Below, piece by piece: positions 1 through 8,078 of a stretch of 32,000 nucleotides of DNA. The DNA is from Planctomycetales bacterium (lineage in GTDB: Bacteria; 4484-113; JAFGCY01). Location: NCBI GenBank assembly GCA_022646745.1, contig CP060262.1, positions 660,001 through 692,000 on the forward strand. Reading direction: 5' to 3'. How positions within the stretch are numbered: position 1 is the stretch's first letter; each line of letters starts with the position of its first letter. Under the pieces are notes generated by a model. It ran no database searches, had not been told where the DNA came from, and was given only the letters and a program-made list of their open reading frames with translations. The position numbers were made by a program, and so were the translations under genes.

Positions 1-84
1 CTGGTGAGCGGCTTCGGAGGTGCGGTGTTCGTGGCCGCACTGGTGATGCTGATCCTGCGCCTGGCTGTGTATGGTGGCGCATAA
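1..84 (+). CDS. 3' end of an upstream CDS (partial); hydrophobic C-terminal segment
   Basis: Frame 1 is open from the window edge to TAA at 82-84. It translates to LVSGFGGAVFVAALVMLILRLAVYGGA*, which looks like a TM helix. The next gene starts 5 nt later. Confidence 0.35.
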   Translation: MVSGFGGAVFVAALVMLILRLAVYGGA

Positions 85-89
85 GACAT

Positions 90-1112
90 ATGAACAGGTA
101 CAGACTGGCAATCCTCGCGATGGTGACCATGCTCATGCTGCTTGGCAGCACGGCGTTGCCGGTGCGTGCGCAGAACCAGGATGACCCACCGCCCCAGCAT
201 CAGGACGATCCGCCGAAGCCGGATGAGGATCCGCAGCAGGACGACAGCGGCATCGGCCAGCTGGAGGAAGAGCCTCCGGAGACGGAGGAGGACCGCAAGA
301 TCAAGCCGCGCCTGCGCCCCTCCACCGATGAGGAGGAGCGCGCCTTCAAGCGCCAGGCAACCCGTAATGACCCCTTCCTCAACCCGCTGCTGCCACTCGA
401 GTACGAGCGGATTGACAACAGCGGCTACAACCCGCGTGACAGCGTGCTGCCGCAGGGCTTCCAGGACCTCTCGCGCTTCATCGTGCAGGAACCGGCCGGC
501 GGTGTGCTCGGCTTCCTCTCGATCCACTGCTCAGTGGAGGACCAGCCGCTGGCCGGCCAGGTGCTAAACGTCGTCAGGCTGTATGAGTTCGAGCCCCAGC
601 AGCGCATCGAGCTGCAGGTGCAACTCAGCACGATGCGCCCGATCCTCACCCAGCTGATCCCGCTCGGTGAGCGGCGCAGCCAGCAGGCGATGGACCTCGG
701 ACTGGAGGAGGCGCTGCGCGCGGAATACCTGTTCGACCGGGTCACGATCCGCCAGAATGTCGGTGGCATCACCGGCGTGGAGCGCAAGCGCATGCTGCCC
801 TTCTCCTTCGACATCAACCAGCTGGACAGCCTTGTGCGCAGCCTTGATTATGACAACGCTGACTGGCCACTGGTGGCGGTCGTGTTCGACCCGGACAGCC
901 GCGAGAACATCCCGATCTCCATCGAGCAGCCCCGGCGCACGAGCATCAAGAGCGCGGAGCTGAGCGATTACGGCTGCTGGGAAATGGTGATGCATGTCGG
1001 CAACGAGAACTGGCAGTGGTGGGTCGAGCGCCTTGAGCCGCACCGCATCATCAAGTGGACCGACGGCCAGCAGCGCAGCCATACACTGCTGAGCTACACC
1101 ACCGGCTACTGA
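90..1112 (+). CDS. secreted hypothetical protein with an acidic, Pro-rich N-terminal low-complexity region
   Basis: ATG at 90. The N-terminus MNRYRLAILAMVTMLMLLGSTALPVRA/Q looks like a signal peptide. QDDPP-type repeats are followed by a globular part. No family recognised. High GC3 coding pattern. Confidence 0.6.
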   Translation: MNRYRLAILAMVTMLMLLGSTALPVRAQNQDDPPPQHQDDPPKPDEDPQQDDSGIGQLEEEPPETEEDRKIKPRLRPSTDEEERAFKRQATRNDPFLNPLLPLEYERIDNSGYNPRDSVLPQGFQDLSRFIVQEPAGGVLGFLSIHCSVEDQPLAGQVLNVVRLYEFEPQQRIELQVQLSTMRPILTQLIPLGERRSQQAMDLGLEEALRAEYLFDRVTIRQNVGGITGVERKRMLPFSFDINQLDSLVRSLDYDNADWPLVAVVFDPDSRENIPISIEQPRRTSIKSAELSDYGCWEMVMHVGNENWQWWVERLEPHRIIKWTDGQQRSHTLLSYTTGY

Positions 1113-1138
1113 GCCCGGCAGGGCGGCAATTCACTATT

Positions 1139-1161
1139 ACAGACAATAATGGTCTGTTTTA
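1139..1161 (+). terminator. weak candidate intrinsic terminator after the 90-1112 gene
   Basis: ACAGAC (1139-1144) / GTCTGT (1152-1157) with a 7-nt loop, followed by TTTTAT. The stem is only 6 bp. Confidence 0.3.
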
Positions 1162-1240
1162 TCCATATTTAACAAACAGGAAGCAATTCCGGCCTCCCAC
1201 AGGTGGTACTAAATGGTGTAACCCCTTGCAGGAGAAGGCC

Positions 1241-2086
1241 ATGCTGTCACGTCTGGCAATCCTTGTCCCTCTCATGCTCCTGTGCGCCTGTGCAGGAAAC
1301 TCCCGCACACCCGACCGGGAACGTGCCATTCCATCATCCTCTCAGCAGCTCAGCCGCGAAGTTCCCGCATTCCCGGAAACGGGTCCCATTGCGGAGGAAC
1401 TGTCAACGCAGATCGCGACGACCGCCGTACCCGACGGTATTGACGACGAACTCTGGCAACAGCTCTGTGCCGCCCTGCAGGATGCCGTGGCCGACAGGCC
1501 TGCTCCGCCGGCAAGCCCCGGGCCGGCCCTGTTTGCTCTTGATAGCCGCAGCGCATCATTCACTCCCTACGGAACGCAGAACATGGTGCGCGACCTGCGA
1601 CTGAGTGGCAGCGGCCCCTGGCGGCTGAGCTGGACCTACCGCAACAGCGGCGACTACGACCTGAATGGATCCGTCACCATCAGCGACCTGACCCCGGTTG
1701 GCAAGCACTTCGGCAGGCGGCAGTCCGACCCGCTGTGGTTCGCGGCGATGCATGCTGACGGCGACGGAAATGGCGAGGTCAACATCTCCGACGTGACCGT
1801 GATCGGCCAGAACTTCGGCGGCAGCATCACAGGCTATGCGGTTTACGGCACGGACGACATGTCTGGCGAGTGGACACACCTGGGCAACGCCACCGTGGCG
1901 ACAAACCTGCACAAGAACAGCGACAGGCTGCGCTTCGTGATCAGGCTGGACAGCCTGGAGTTCAACAGTTACGCACTCTGGCCATATGACAACAGCGACG
2001 ACGAGGGTGGCTGGTCCAATCCGGCCGCCCAGGGTACGGCGCCAGACAGGAGCATCAGGGGCATCCGCTCCGTTCTGGGAGAATGA
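1241..2086 (+). CDS. probable lipoprotein/secreted protein with two dockerin-type (EF-hand-like) repeats
   Basis: ATG at 1241 is preceded by GGAGAAGG. The N-terminus is MLSRLAILVPLMLLCAC/AGN. The repeats are DYDLNGSVTISDLTPVGKHFG and DGDGNGEVNISDVTVIGQNFG (pattern D-x-D/N-x-N/D-G-x-V/I-x-I-S-D). The track ORF start at 1055 overlaps the previous gene and has no RBS, so I reject it. Confidence 0.65.
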   Translation: MLSRLAILVPLMLLCACAGNSRTPDRERAIPSSSQQLSREVPAFPETGPIAEELSTQIATTAVPDGIDDELWQQLCAALQDAVADRPAPPASPGPALFALDSRSASFTPYGTQNMVRDLRLSGSGPWRLSWTYRNSGDYDLNGSVTISDLTPVGKHFGRRQSDPLWFAAMHADGDGNGEVNISDVTVIGQNFGGSITGYAVYGTDDMSGEWTHLGNATVATNLHKNSDRLRFVIRLDSLEFNSYALWPYDNSDDEGGWSNPAAQGTAPDRSIRGIRSVLGE

Positions 2087-2087
2087 C

Positions 2088-3731
2088 ATGAGACTGTGCA
2101 TTACCACTCTGCTATTGCTGCTGGCACTGGCTGTCCCAGCCCGGGCTGCCCTGCCGCAGCTCGATTCCGTTGACGGGACCACTGTCTGGATGCTGCATGA
2201 CTACGAGTCCGGAGGCATCAGGCATGCACTGCTGGTGCATGCCGGCCCGCAGGGCCACTGGGGCCGCATCTGGGGCGGCGTGGTGGATGTCTATCCCAAG
2301 GACATCGTTGCCATTTCCAGTGATGCTGTCTTCGTTGGCGACTATGGCTCACGCAGCTACGAGGACTTCGTTGCCATGCCCGGACTGGTTGTCAGGATCA
2401 GCCCATCCGGCAATGTGGCCTGGGAACGCGAGGTCACCTGGTCCGACCACTCCATCCACCTCGAAGCCGTGACCGCCGACTCTGCCGGCAACATCTATGC
2501 GACGGGCCAGGCATGGAAGTATGACGACGCCGTGCAGCCCGGCGGCTGGCATGCGGTGCGCGGATTCGTGTTCACCTTCAAGCTCAGTGGCAGCGGCGAG
2601 ATGCTGTGGGCAAGGCGCTGGAGCGCAGATCCCTACGACTTTGACAGCGGCCTGTCCATTGCCACCCACGGCGGCAGGCTGGCGGTGCTCGCTCAGTACG
2701 GCGGGCCGCTCAGCGGAAACTATTTCGCTCCGCTGCTGCTGTGGTATTCCACATCCGACGGGAGCCTGCAGGACAGCCGTATCTGGAACGTGCCGGGCCG
2801 GGACGTGTACCCACGGTCCCTGGACTTCGATGACAGCGGCCTGCTGTGTGCAGCCTGTGACATGCCCGAATATTCCGGAGGCAGCGAACAGCAGCGGGAC
2901 ATCGTGCTGCTGTGGTTCAACGGCCCCGGCGCCTATCTGCTGGGCACTGGTGTAAGTGGCGGTGGCGGCAGTTTCCTGACCGCCTGGGATGTCAGTGCAG
3001 CTGGCCAGGATTTCCTGATCAGCGGTGCCGCGGCCAGCTGGCCCGTACCGCCCGACCCGGACTGGTCGGAGCACCATGTCAGCAATCCCTTGCTGCTCTA
3101 CTACAGGGGCCATTACCCCGTGGAGGACATCCTGCTGGTGGAATACTCCGCAAAGTACCAGGATGCCCAGCTCAGTACAGTTGCCGCTACAGCTTCTGAA
3201 ACGGTCTGGGTGGCAGGCATCCTGCAGGATGCCCCTGAGTCTGAGGTTGAGGTCCTGCCCTATGGCAGCGCAGTCTATTACCCGTCGGGCCAGCTGCAGG
3301 CTGTCACGGCCTGGGAAGCGGAAAACTGCGGCTCCAGCTCACTGGCAATGGGGCCCTCCACCATGCCAAACCTCGCTTCCGGCAGCCTGCTGGAATATGC
3401 AAACAACCAGCGCCTGTACATCGGGCAGGTGGAATGGAGCTACCTTGTGCACCAGCCTGATGCGATGCTGGAAGCGAGTGCGACATCCGGCCCGGCTCCG
3501 CTCACGGTCAGCTTCGATGCCTCAGGCAGCACGATCGAGGAAGGCAGCATCGTCTCGTACGCCTTTGAGGTATTCATCGGCGAGAGCGGTGCCTCCATTC
3601 CGGGGAGCAGTGGTCCTTCCCCGACCTATGTACATACCTTCAATGAGCCCGGAACCTACCGAGTGCGGGTGCTCATCAGCGGTGACGAAGGTGGCGAGGG
3701 TTCGGCCTGGCTGGTCATAAATGTCAGCTAG
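2088..3731 (+). CDS. secreted protein with SBBP-like beta-propeller repeats and a C-terminal PKD domain
   Basis: ATG at 2088 lies 1 nt after the upstream TGA (2084-2086). Signal peptide MRLCITTLLLLLALAVPARA. Repeat-like segment DSAGNIYATGQAW. The C-terminus APLTVSFDASGS...TYVHTFNEPGTYRVRVLISGDEGGEGSAWLVINV is typical of a PKD fold. Confidence 0.75.
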   Translation: MRLCITTLLLLLALAVPARAALPQLDSVDGTTVWMLHDYESGGIRHALLVHAGPQGHWGRIWGGVVDVYPKDIVAISSDAVFVGDYGSRSYEDFVAMPGLVVRISPSGNVAWEREVTWSDHSIHLEAVTADSAGNIYATGQAWKYDDAVQPGGWHAVRGFVFTFKLSGSGEMLWARRWSADPYDFDSGLSIATHGGRLAVLAQYGGPLSGNYFAPLLLWYSTSDGSLQDSRIWNVPGRDVYPRSLDFDDSGLLCAACDMPEYSGGSEQQRDIVLLWFNGPGAYLLGTGVSGGGGSFLTAWDVSAAGQDFLISGAAASWPVPPDPDWSEHHVSNPLLLYYRGHYPVEDILLVEYSAKYQDAQLSTVAATASETVWVAGILQDAPESEVEVLPYGSAVYYPSGQLQAVTAWEAENCGSSSLAMGPSTMPNLASGSLLEYANNQRLYIGQVEWSYLVHQPDAMLEASATSGPAPLTVSFDASGSTIEEGSIVSYAFEVFIGESGASIPGSSGPSPTYVHTFNEPGTYRVRVLISGDEGGEGSAWLVINVS

Positions 3732-3748
3732 TCTCTTTCGGCTATACT
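3721..3748 (+). promoter_or_regulatory. candidate sigma70-type promoter giving a leaderless ROK-kinase mRNA
   Basis: ATGTCA (3721-3726), 16-nt spacer, TATACT (3743-3748), then 7 nt to ATG at 3756. There is no Shine-Dalgarno sequence in between. Confidence 0.4.
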
Positions 3749-3755
3749 CAGCCCG

Positions 3756-4661
3756 ATGAGCTTCGCAGTCGGAGTTGACATCGGCGGGACCTCGGTGAAG
3801 ATCGGTTGCTGGGAGCATGGTGACCCGCTGATCTGGCGCAATGGCCTGCCGGTCCCGCAGGACACTGACGGCATTGCCGTGGCCGCTGCCATCGCTGCCC
3901 TGATCCGTGAATGCCTGCCTTCCCCTGATGCGCGGCCGGCCTGCATCGGTGTCGGCACCTGCGGGATGGTGCATCGTGGCCGGATCCTGATGTCCCCCAA
4001 CACACCATGGGACGAAGTCCCGCTCACTGACTACCTGCGTGGGCAGTTCGGCTGCGCGGTGCAGGTGCTCAACGATGCCGATGCCTACCTGCTCGGGGTG
4101 ATGCAGGATGAGGCTGAGACGCAGCGCATCGCCTGCGGCTTCACACTCGGCACCGGGCTTGGCACAGCGATCTGGCTGGGCGACCGCCTGCTCGGCACGA
4201 TGAGTGGCACCAGCCCGGAGGGCGGGCACATCACGCTCGACATGCACGGCGAACCTGCCAACACGGGCATCCCGGGCAGCTTTGAGAGCCTGTGCTGCAT
4301 CACGGCGATCCAGCGCTACTACCTCGAGGCGGGAGGCAGCAACATCAGCCCGGAGATGATTGCTACGGCTGCCAGCAATGGCGAACAGGCGGCGCGGGAT
4401 GCCTGGTTCCACTACGGCGAATGCCTCGGGGCCGGGCTGGGCAGCTTTGCCAACGTGTTCTACCCGCAACGGATGTACATCGGCGGCGGGCTGGCCGGGG
4501 CACGCGAGCACTTCATGCCGGCTGCCTACCAGCGCCTGCGCCGCCACTGCCTGAAGACGACGGAAGTTCCGGAAATCATCTTCCCGGCTGACAACGCAAC
4601 CGCCATCGCCTGGGGCAGCGTACGCTTCCTGGCCGGAAGCACGGAGGGACAGCAGGCATGA
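3756..4661 (+). CDS. ROK-family sugar kinase (glucokinase-like)
   Basis: N-terminal ATP-binding motif VGVDIGGTSVKIG. The ROK-like LNDADAYLLG segment is present. Length (301 aa) fits. It lacks the Cys-rich Zn motif, as polyphosphate/ATP glucokinase-like members do. Confidence 0.85.
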   Translation: MSFAVGVDIGGTSVKIGCWEHGDPLIWRNGLPVPQDTDGIAVAAAIAALIRECLPSPDARPACIGVGTCGMVHRGRILMSPNTPWDEVPLTDYLRGQFGCAVQVLNDADAYLLGVMQDEAETQRIACGFTLGTGLGTAIWLGDRLLGTMSGTSPEGGHITLDMHGEPANTGIPGSFESLCCITAIQRYYLEAGGSNISPEMIATAASNGEQAARDAWFHYGECLGAGLGSFANVFYPQRMYIGGGLAGAREHFMPAAYQRLRRHCLKTTEVPEIIFPADNATAIAWGSVRFLAGSTEGQQA

Positions 4662-5167
4662 GCGGCATTCCCGCCAGCCAGTCACTCGCTGAAGATCTGG
4701 CCGCCCAGCTGGTGGCGCAGCTTGCAGCCAACGGCCGGACATTGGCAACAGCGGAAAGCTGCACAGGAGGCTGGATCGCGCAGGCGATCACCAGCGTGTC
4801 CGGCAGCAGCGATGTGTTCCCCGGCGGGATCGTCAGCTATGCCAACCGCGCAAAGGTGGAGCTGCTGGGAGTCAGCCAGGCCACGCTGGATGAGCATGGC
4901 GCGGTCAGTCAGCAGACCGTGATCGAAATGGCAACAGGCGCGCGCGAGCGCTTCCATTCCGACTACGCCGTGGCTGTCAGCGGCATCGCCGGACCGGGCG
5001 GTGGCACGGCAGACAAACCGGTCGGCACGGTCTGGATCTCTTGGCTGGGCCCGGATGGTGTTTCCACTAAGCTATGTCACTTCGAGGGCGACCGGGAAGC
5101 AGTACGGATCGCGACTGTATGCTTAGCCCTCCATACACTTCTTGATATTGTCCGGAAACAAGGCTGA
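4658..5167 (+). CDS. pncC: nicotinamide-nucleotide amidase (CinA C-terminal domain only, PncC-like)
   Basis: TLATAESCTGGWIAQAITSVSGSS...GAVS...AVAVSGIAGPGGGTADKPVGTVWI closely mirrors E. coli PncC/YgaD. The start overlaps the ROK stop as ATGA (4658-4661). Confidence 0.87.
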   Translation: MSGIPASQSLAEDLAAQLVAQLAANGRTLATAESCTGGWIAQAITSVSGSSDVFPGGIVSYANRAKVELLGVSQATLDEHGAVSQQTVIEMATGARERFHSDYAVAVSGIAGPGGGTADKPVGTVWISWLGPDGVSTKLCHFEGDREAVRIATVCLALHTLLDIVRKQG

Positions 5168-5245
5168 TCAGGGAACTCTCATTCTCAATGTAACGCCCTC
5201 ATTGATAAGTCGTCTCATATTTGTCTGAATTGATCAGAAGGAATA

Positions 5246-5599
5246 TTGGGATTACGGACCATGGATGGCAAATCTAACGGGCTGGGTCGAGGCGAAGGCA
5301 CACGCCTGACTGCGACAGACATCGAGCAGATCTCCCTCAACTGCAGAGACTGCCTGCGCAGGGAACTCTACCGGATTTCAGGGCGCGAGGTGTGGGCAGA
5401 ACCACATAAGCTGAATGCACTGGCGACTGACATCTCCCAGTCAATCCAGTACATCCTGATGCACCTGCATTTCACACCGGGACTTTCCTACCGCTGCCCA
5501 GTCTGTGATGGAGCCGGCATGATCACCAGCGATGGCGATCAGTGCGAACGCTGCCAATCCAGTGGACGGCTGACCCACATCCCGCCGGTTGATGAATGA
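5246..5599 (+). CDS. small protein with a DnaJ-type CxxCxGxG zinc-finger pair
   Basis: Motifs CPVCDGAG and CERCQSSG, plus an upstream CRDC. The start is uncertain: TTG at 5246 or ATG at 5261. Its GC3 is lower than that of the neighbouring genes. Confidence 0.5.
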   Translation: MGLRTMDGKSNGLGRGEGTRLTATDIEQISLNCRDCLRRELYRISGREVWAEPHKLNALATDISQSIQYILMHLHFTPGLSYRCPVCDGAGMITSDGDQCERCQSSGRLTHIPPVDE

Positions 5600-5616
5600 G
5601 CCGGGCTACTTTCTGC

Positions 5617-7206
5617 TCACTTCTTCTTCGTTGATCCTGCCCTGGCCTCGCTTGTCTTCGCCGCCGGCTTCTTTGCCTCCGGCTTACGAGTCGCCTTCGG
5701 CTTATCGCCATCCAGCTTCAGGAAGCCCGGCTGGGTCAGCTTGCCCGGTTCGAAGGCCTTCTGGATCTGCGCCTCCGTCAGCAGCGGGCTGCCATCGGCC
5801 TTCTTCGCGGCGCGCACCTCGTCCATGATCGGCGTGCCGCTCTTCACGGCATGCTTCACGATCTCAGCGGCGGCGCTGTAGCCGATCAGCGGGTTGAGCA
5901 CCGTTGCCAGGCCCATCGAGGCCTCGAAGTATTTCCGGCAGACTTCCTCGTTGGCGGTGATCCCGCGGATGCAACGCTCGGCCACCACCGTCATGCTCGT
6001 TGTCAGGATTGTCTGCATGTGCAGCAGGTCCCAGGCCACGATCGGCATCATCACGTTTAGCTGGTACTGCCCGGCCTGGGCGCAGCCGCAGACTGCGCTG
6101 TCCAGCCCGATCACGTTGTAGCAGACCATGTTGAACATCTCGAGCATCACCGGGTTGACCTTGCCAGGCATGATCGAACTTCCGGGCTGCACCGGCGGCA
6201 GGTTGATCTCGCCGATGCCGCTGGTCGGCCCGCTGGACAGCAGGCGCAGGTCGTTGGCAATCCGCCCGAGGTCCACCGCCAGCGAGCGCAGAGCCGCACT
6301 GAACTCAAGCTGGTCCGCCAGCGAGTTGTGCATCTCAACCTTGTTCGGTGCGGTGGTGATGCGCAGCCCGATGCGCTGGCTGAGCTGCAGGCCGATCTGG
6401 TTGGCAACTTCCTTCGCGTAGTCCGGGTGGCTGTTCATCCCGGTGCCGACCGCCGTGCCGCCCAGTCCGATCACACTGAGCTTCTTGCCTGCTTCATGCA
6501 CCCGCACCCGCGCCTTCTTCAAGCAGTCCGCGAAGCCGGTGAACACCTGTCCGAGTGTGATCGGCGTGGCGTCCTGCAGGTGCGTGCGCCCGGTGGTGAT
6601 CACATGCTCGAACTCGCGGCCCTTCTTCCTCAGCTCGCCTTCCAGCAGGTCAAGTGCTGCCAGCGTGTCGGGCAGGATCATCAGGTTCGAGATGCGGATG
6701 CCGGTCGGCATCGTGTCATTCGTGCTCTGCGCCATGTTCACGTGGTCGTTCGGATGCACGAAACTGTAGCTGCCGCGGGCCTTGTCAGCTGCCTTGCGGG
6801 CGTACTTCTCATTGGCGAGGTTGGCAAGCACCTCATTCGTGTTCATGTTGAAGCTGGTGCCGGCGCCGGCCTGGTAGACGTCAATCACCCACTGGTCCAG
6901 CAGGTTGCCGGAGCGGTCCACCGCCTGCGGGTCTCTCTTCAGGAGTTTCGCCGCATCCGCCAGCACCAGGTCGGCGGCCTTGATGATCGCGTCCGCGCGC
7001 GGCTTGTCCAGCATCCCGAGCTTGAGGTTGGTGACCGCTGCGGCGCGCTTGATCTGCACGTAGGCCAGGATCAGTGCCGGGTGAGCCCGCATCCCGCTGA
7101 TCGGGAAGTTGGCAACGGCGCGTGCGGCCTGCACGCCGTAGTATGCATCAGCCGGCACCTGCAGGGTGCCGAGGGAATCCTTTTCGGTACGGAACTTGGC
7201 GGACAT
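5617..7206 (-). CDS. aspA: aspartate ammonia-lyase-like class II lyase (AspA/FumC superfamily) with a Lys-rich C-terminal tail
   Basis: PADAYYGVQ, IDVYQAGAGTSFNMNTNEVLAN and PNDHVNMAQSTNDTMPTG resemble AspA more than FumC. SS-loop GSSIMPGKVNP is present. GAGG sits 7 nt upstream of ATG 7206. Confidence 0.86.
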   Translation of the reverse strand: MSAKFRTEKDSLGTLQVPADAYYGVQAARAVANFPISGMRAHPALILAYVQIKRAAAVTNLKLGMLDKPRADAIIKAADLVLADAAKLLKRDPQAVDRSGNLLDQWVIDVYQAGAGTSFNMNTNEVLANLANEKYARKAADKARGSYSFVHPNDHVNMAQSTNDTMPTGIRISNLMILPDTLAALDLLEGELRKKGREFEHVITTGRTHLQDATPITLGQVFTGFADCLKKARVRVHEAGKKLSVIGLGGTAVGTGMNSHPDYAKEVANQIGLQLSQRIGLRITTAPNKVEMHNSLADQLEFSAALRSLAVDLGRIANDLRLLSSGPTSGIGEINLPPVQPGSSIMPGKVNPVMLEMFNMVCYNVIGLDSAVCGCAQAGQYQLNVMMPIVAWDLLHMQTILTTSMTVVAERCIRGITANEEVCRKYFEASMGLATVLNPLIGYSAAAEIVKHAVKSGTPIMDEVRAAKKADGSPLLTEAQIQKAFEPGKLTQPGFLKLDGDKPKATRKPEAKKPAAKTSEARAGSTKKK

Positions 7207-7238
7207 TTGATACCTCAGTCGTGGGTGTTGTCGGCCCT

Positions 7239-7244
7239 ATTCTA
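7239..7244 (-). promoter_or_regulatory. candidate -10 box (TAGAAT) upstream of aspA
   Basis: The minus strand reads GGCGCTAGAATAGGG, about 33 nt upstream of the ATG. No good -35 at 17 nt (TTGGCA lies 21 nt away). Confidence 0.3.
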
Positions 7245-7298
7245 GCGCCGGGAAATCACCGTGACTGCCAATCGGCCGCTGTTGAAGCCAGCTGAAGT

Positions 7299-8009
7299 TC
7301 AGGGTGCCGTGACCGGAGCCTCCTCCGTCGTGTCCACCACCTCATCCATTTCATCAAGCCCTTCCATGTCCATGAACTCCGCCGGCTCCATATCCTCGCG
7401 TTCCATCACCTCGCCGGGTGTCAGCACCACAGCTTCAGTGAAAGGCGAGGCGTCGCCGCCCATGAAGCCGCCACCGACGATTGGAGCTTCATTGAGCCAC
7501 TGCGGCAGCAGGGCCTGCAGCTCGCCGGTTGATGCCGTCAGCACCGTCATGTTCTCACTCACGGCACTGACGAATTCCGGATCCTGCTGCAGCTTGGCAT
7601 CCAGCCAGGACGGGTCCATCATCCGCAGTGAAAGCGTACCCTCGCCCAGTTCGACATGCAGGAAGGTATGCACCGGAATGAAGTGCAGGCCATAGAAGCT
7701 GTTGATCGGCCATTTCTCATCGGTGTCATCCGGGAACAGGTCGAGGAACAGCTCGCCGTCCAGGTCCACCAGGGCAGCACGGAAGCTGCCATCCAGCCCG
7801 TCCGGCGTGTAAAGCGACAGGATGTACTGCTGCTCGTCGTAGCTGTCGAATACCCAGCCGGCCTCACCGTCATCGCTGACCCAGGACCCGACCATCTCGG
7901 GGCGGAACTCAAGGTTGCTCTCCGTGGCAATGCCGTGGATCGAGGGCACGCATGAGCCGGCCATGAACATGGCGGCGATGGCGATCAGGATGACGATCAG
8001 TCGGGACAT
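7299..8009 (-). CDS. hypothetical lipoprotein with an acidic C-terminal tail
   Basis: ATG at 8009 is preceded by GGAGGAAG (8013-8020). Signal plus lipobox MSRLIVILIAIAAMFMAGS/C. C-terminal EDMEPAEFMDMEGLDEMDEVVD. No family recognised. Confidence 0.6.
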   Translation of the reverse strand: MSRLIVILIAIAAMFMAGSCVPSIHGIATESNLEFRPEMVGSWVSDDGEAGWVFDSYDEQQYILSLYTPDGLDGSFRAALVDLDGELFLDLFPDDTDEKWPINSFYGLHFIPVHTFLHVELGEGTLSLRMMDPSWLDAKLQQDPEFVSAVSENMTVLTASTGELQALLPQWLNEAPIVGGGFMGGDASPFTEAVVLTPGEVMEREDMEPAEFMDMEGLDEMDEVVDTTEEAPVTAP

Positions 8010-8078
8010 GTGCTTCCTCCCGGAATGCTGCACCGGCCGGACTGTCGTCGGCCGGCATGGATGCCTGGCTGCCGCTGC

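Noticed and set aside
1055-1240. N-terminal extension of the dockerin-repeat ORF, overlapping the end of the 90-1112 gene. The 1986-2087 extension of the PKD protein ORF is a similar case.
   Set aside because: The internal ATGs at 1241 and 2088 are each followed immediately by a signal peptide. The first has a GGAGAAGG RBS, and the second sits 1 nt after the upstream stop. The extensions have no signal and are non-coding-like or overlap the previous gene.
5177-5218. Recurrence of the word CTCATTG/CAATGAG in several spacers (5198, 14531, 14545, 14691, 14711, 28285) as a possible shared regulatory motif
   Set aside because: Four of the six copies belong to the single inverted repeat at 14527-14719. 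The two remaining copies are about what chance predicts for a 7-mer in 64 kb of two-strand sequence.
7261-7695. A 144-aa + strand ORF overlapping the lipoprotein gene. The 205-aa + strand ORF at 8010-8627 overlapping the AMIN/STN gene is a similar case.
   Set aside because: The minus-strand genes have strong RBSs, signal peptides or a lipobox, and domain-like sequence. The + strand translations are Ser/Ala/Arg-rich with no start context.
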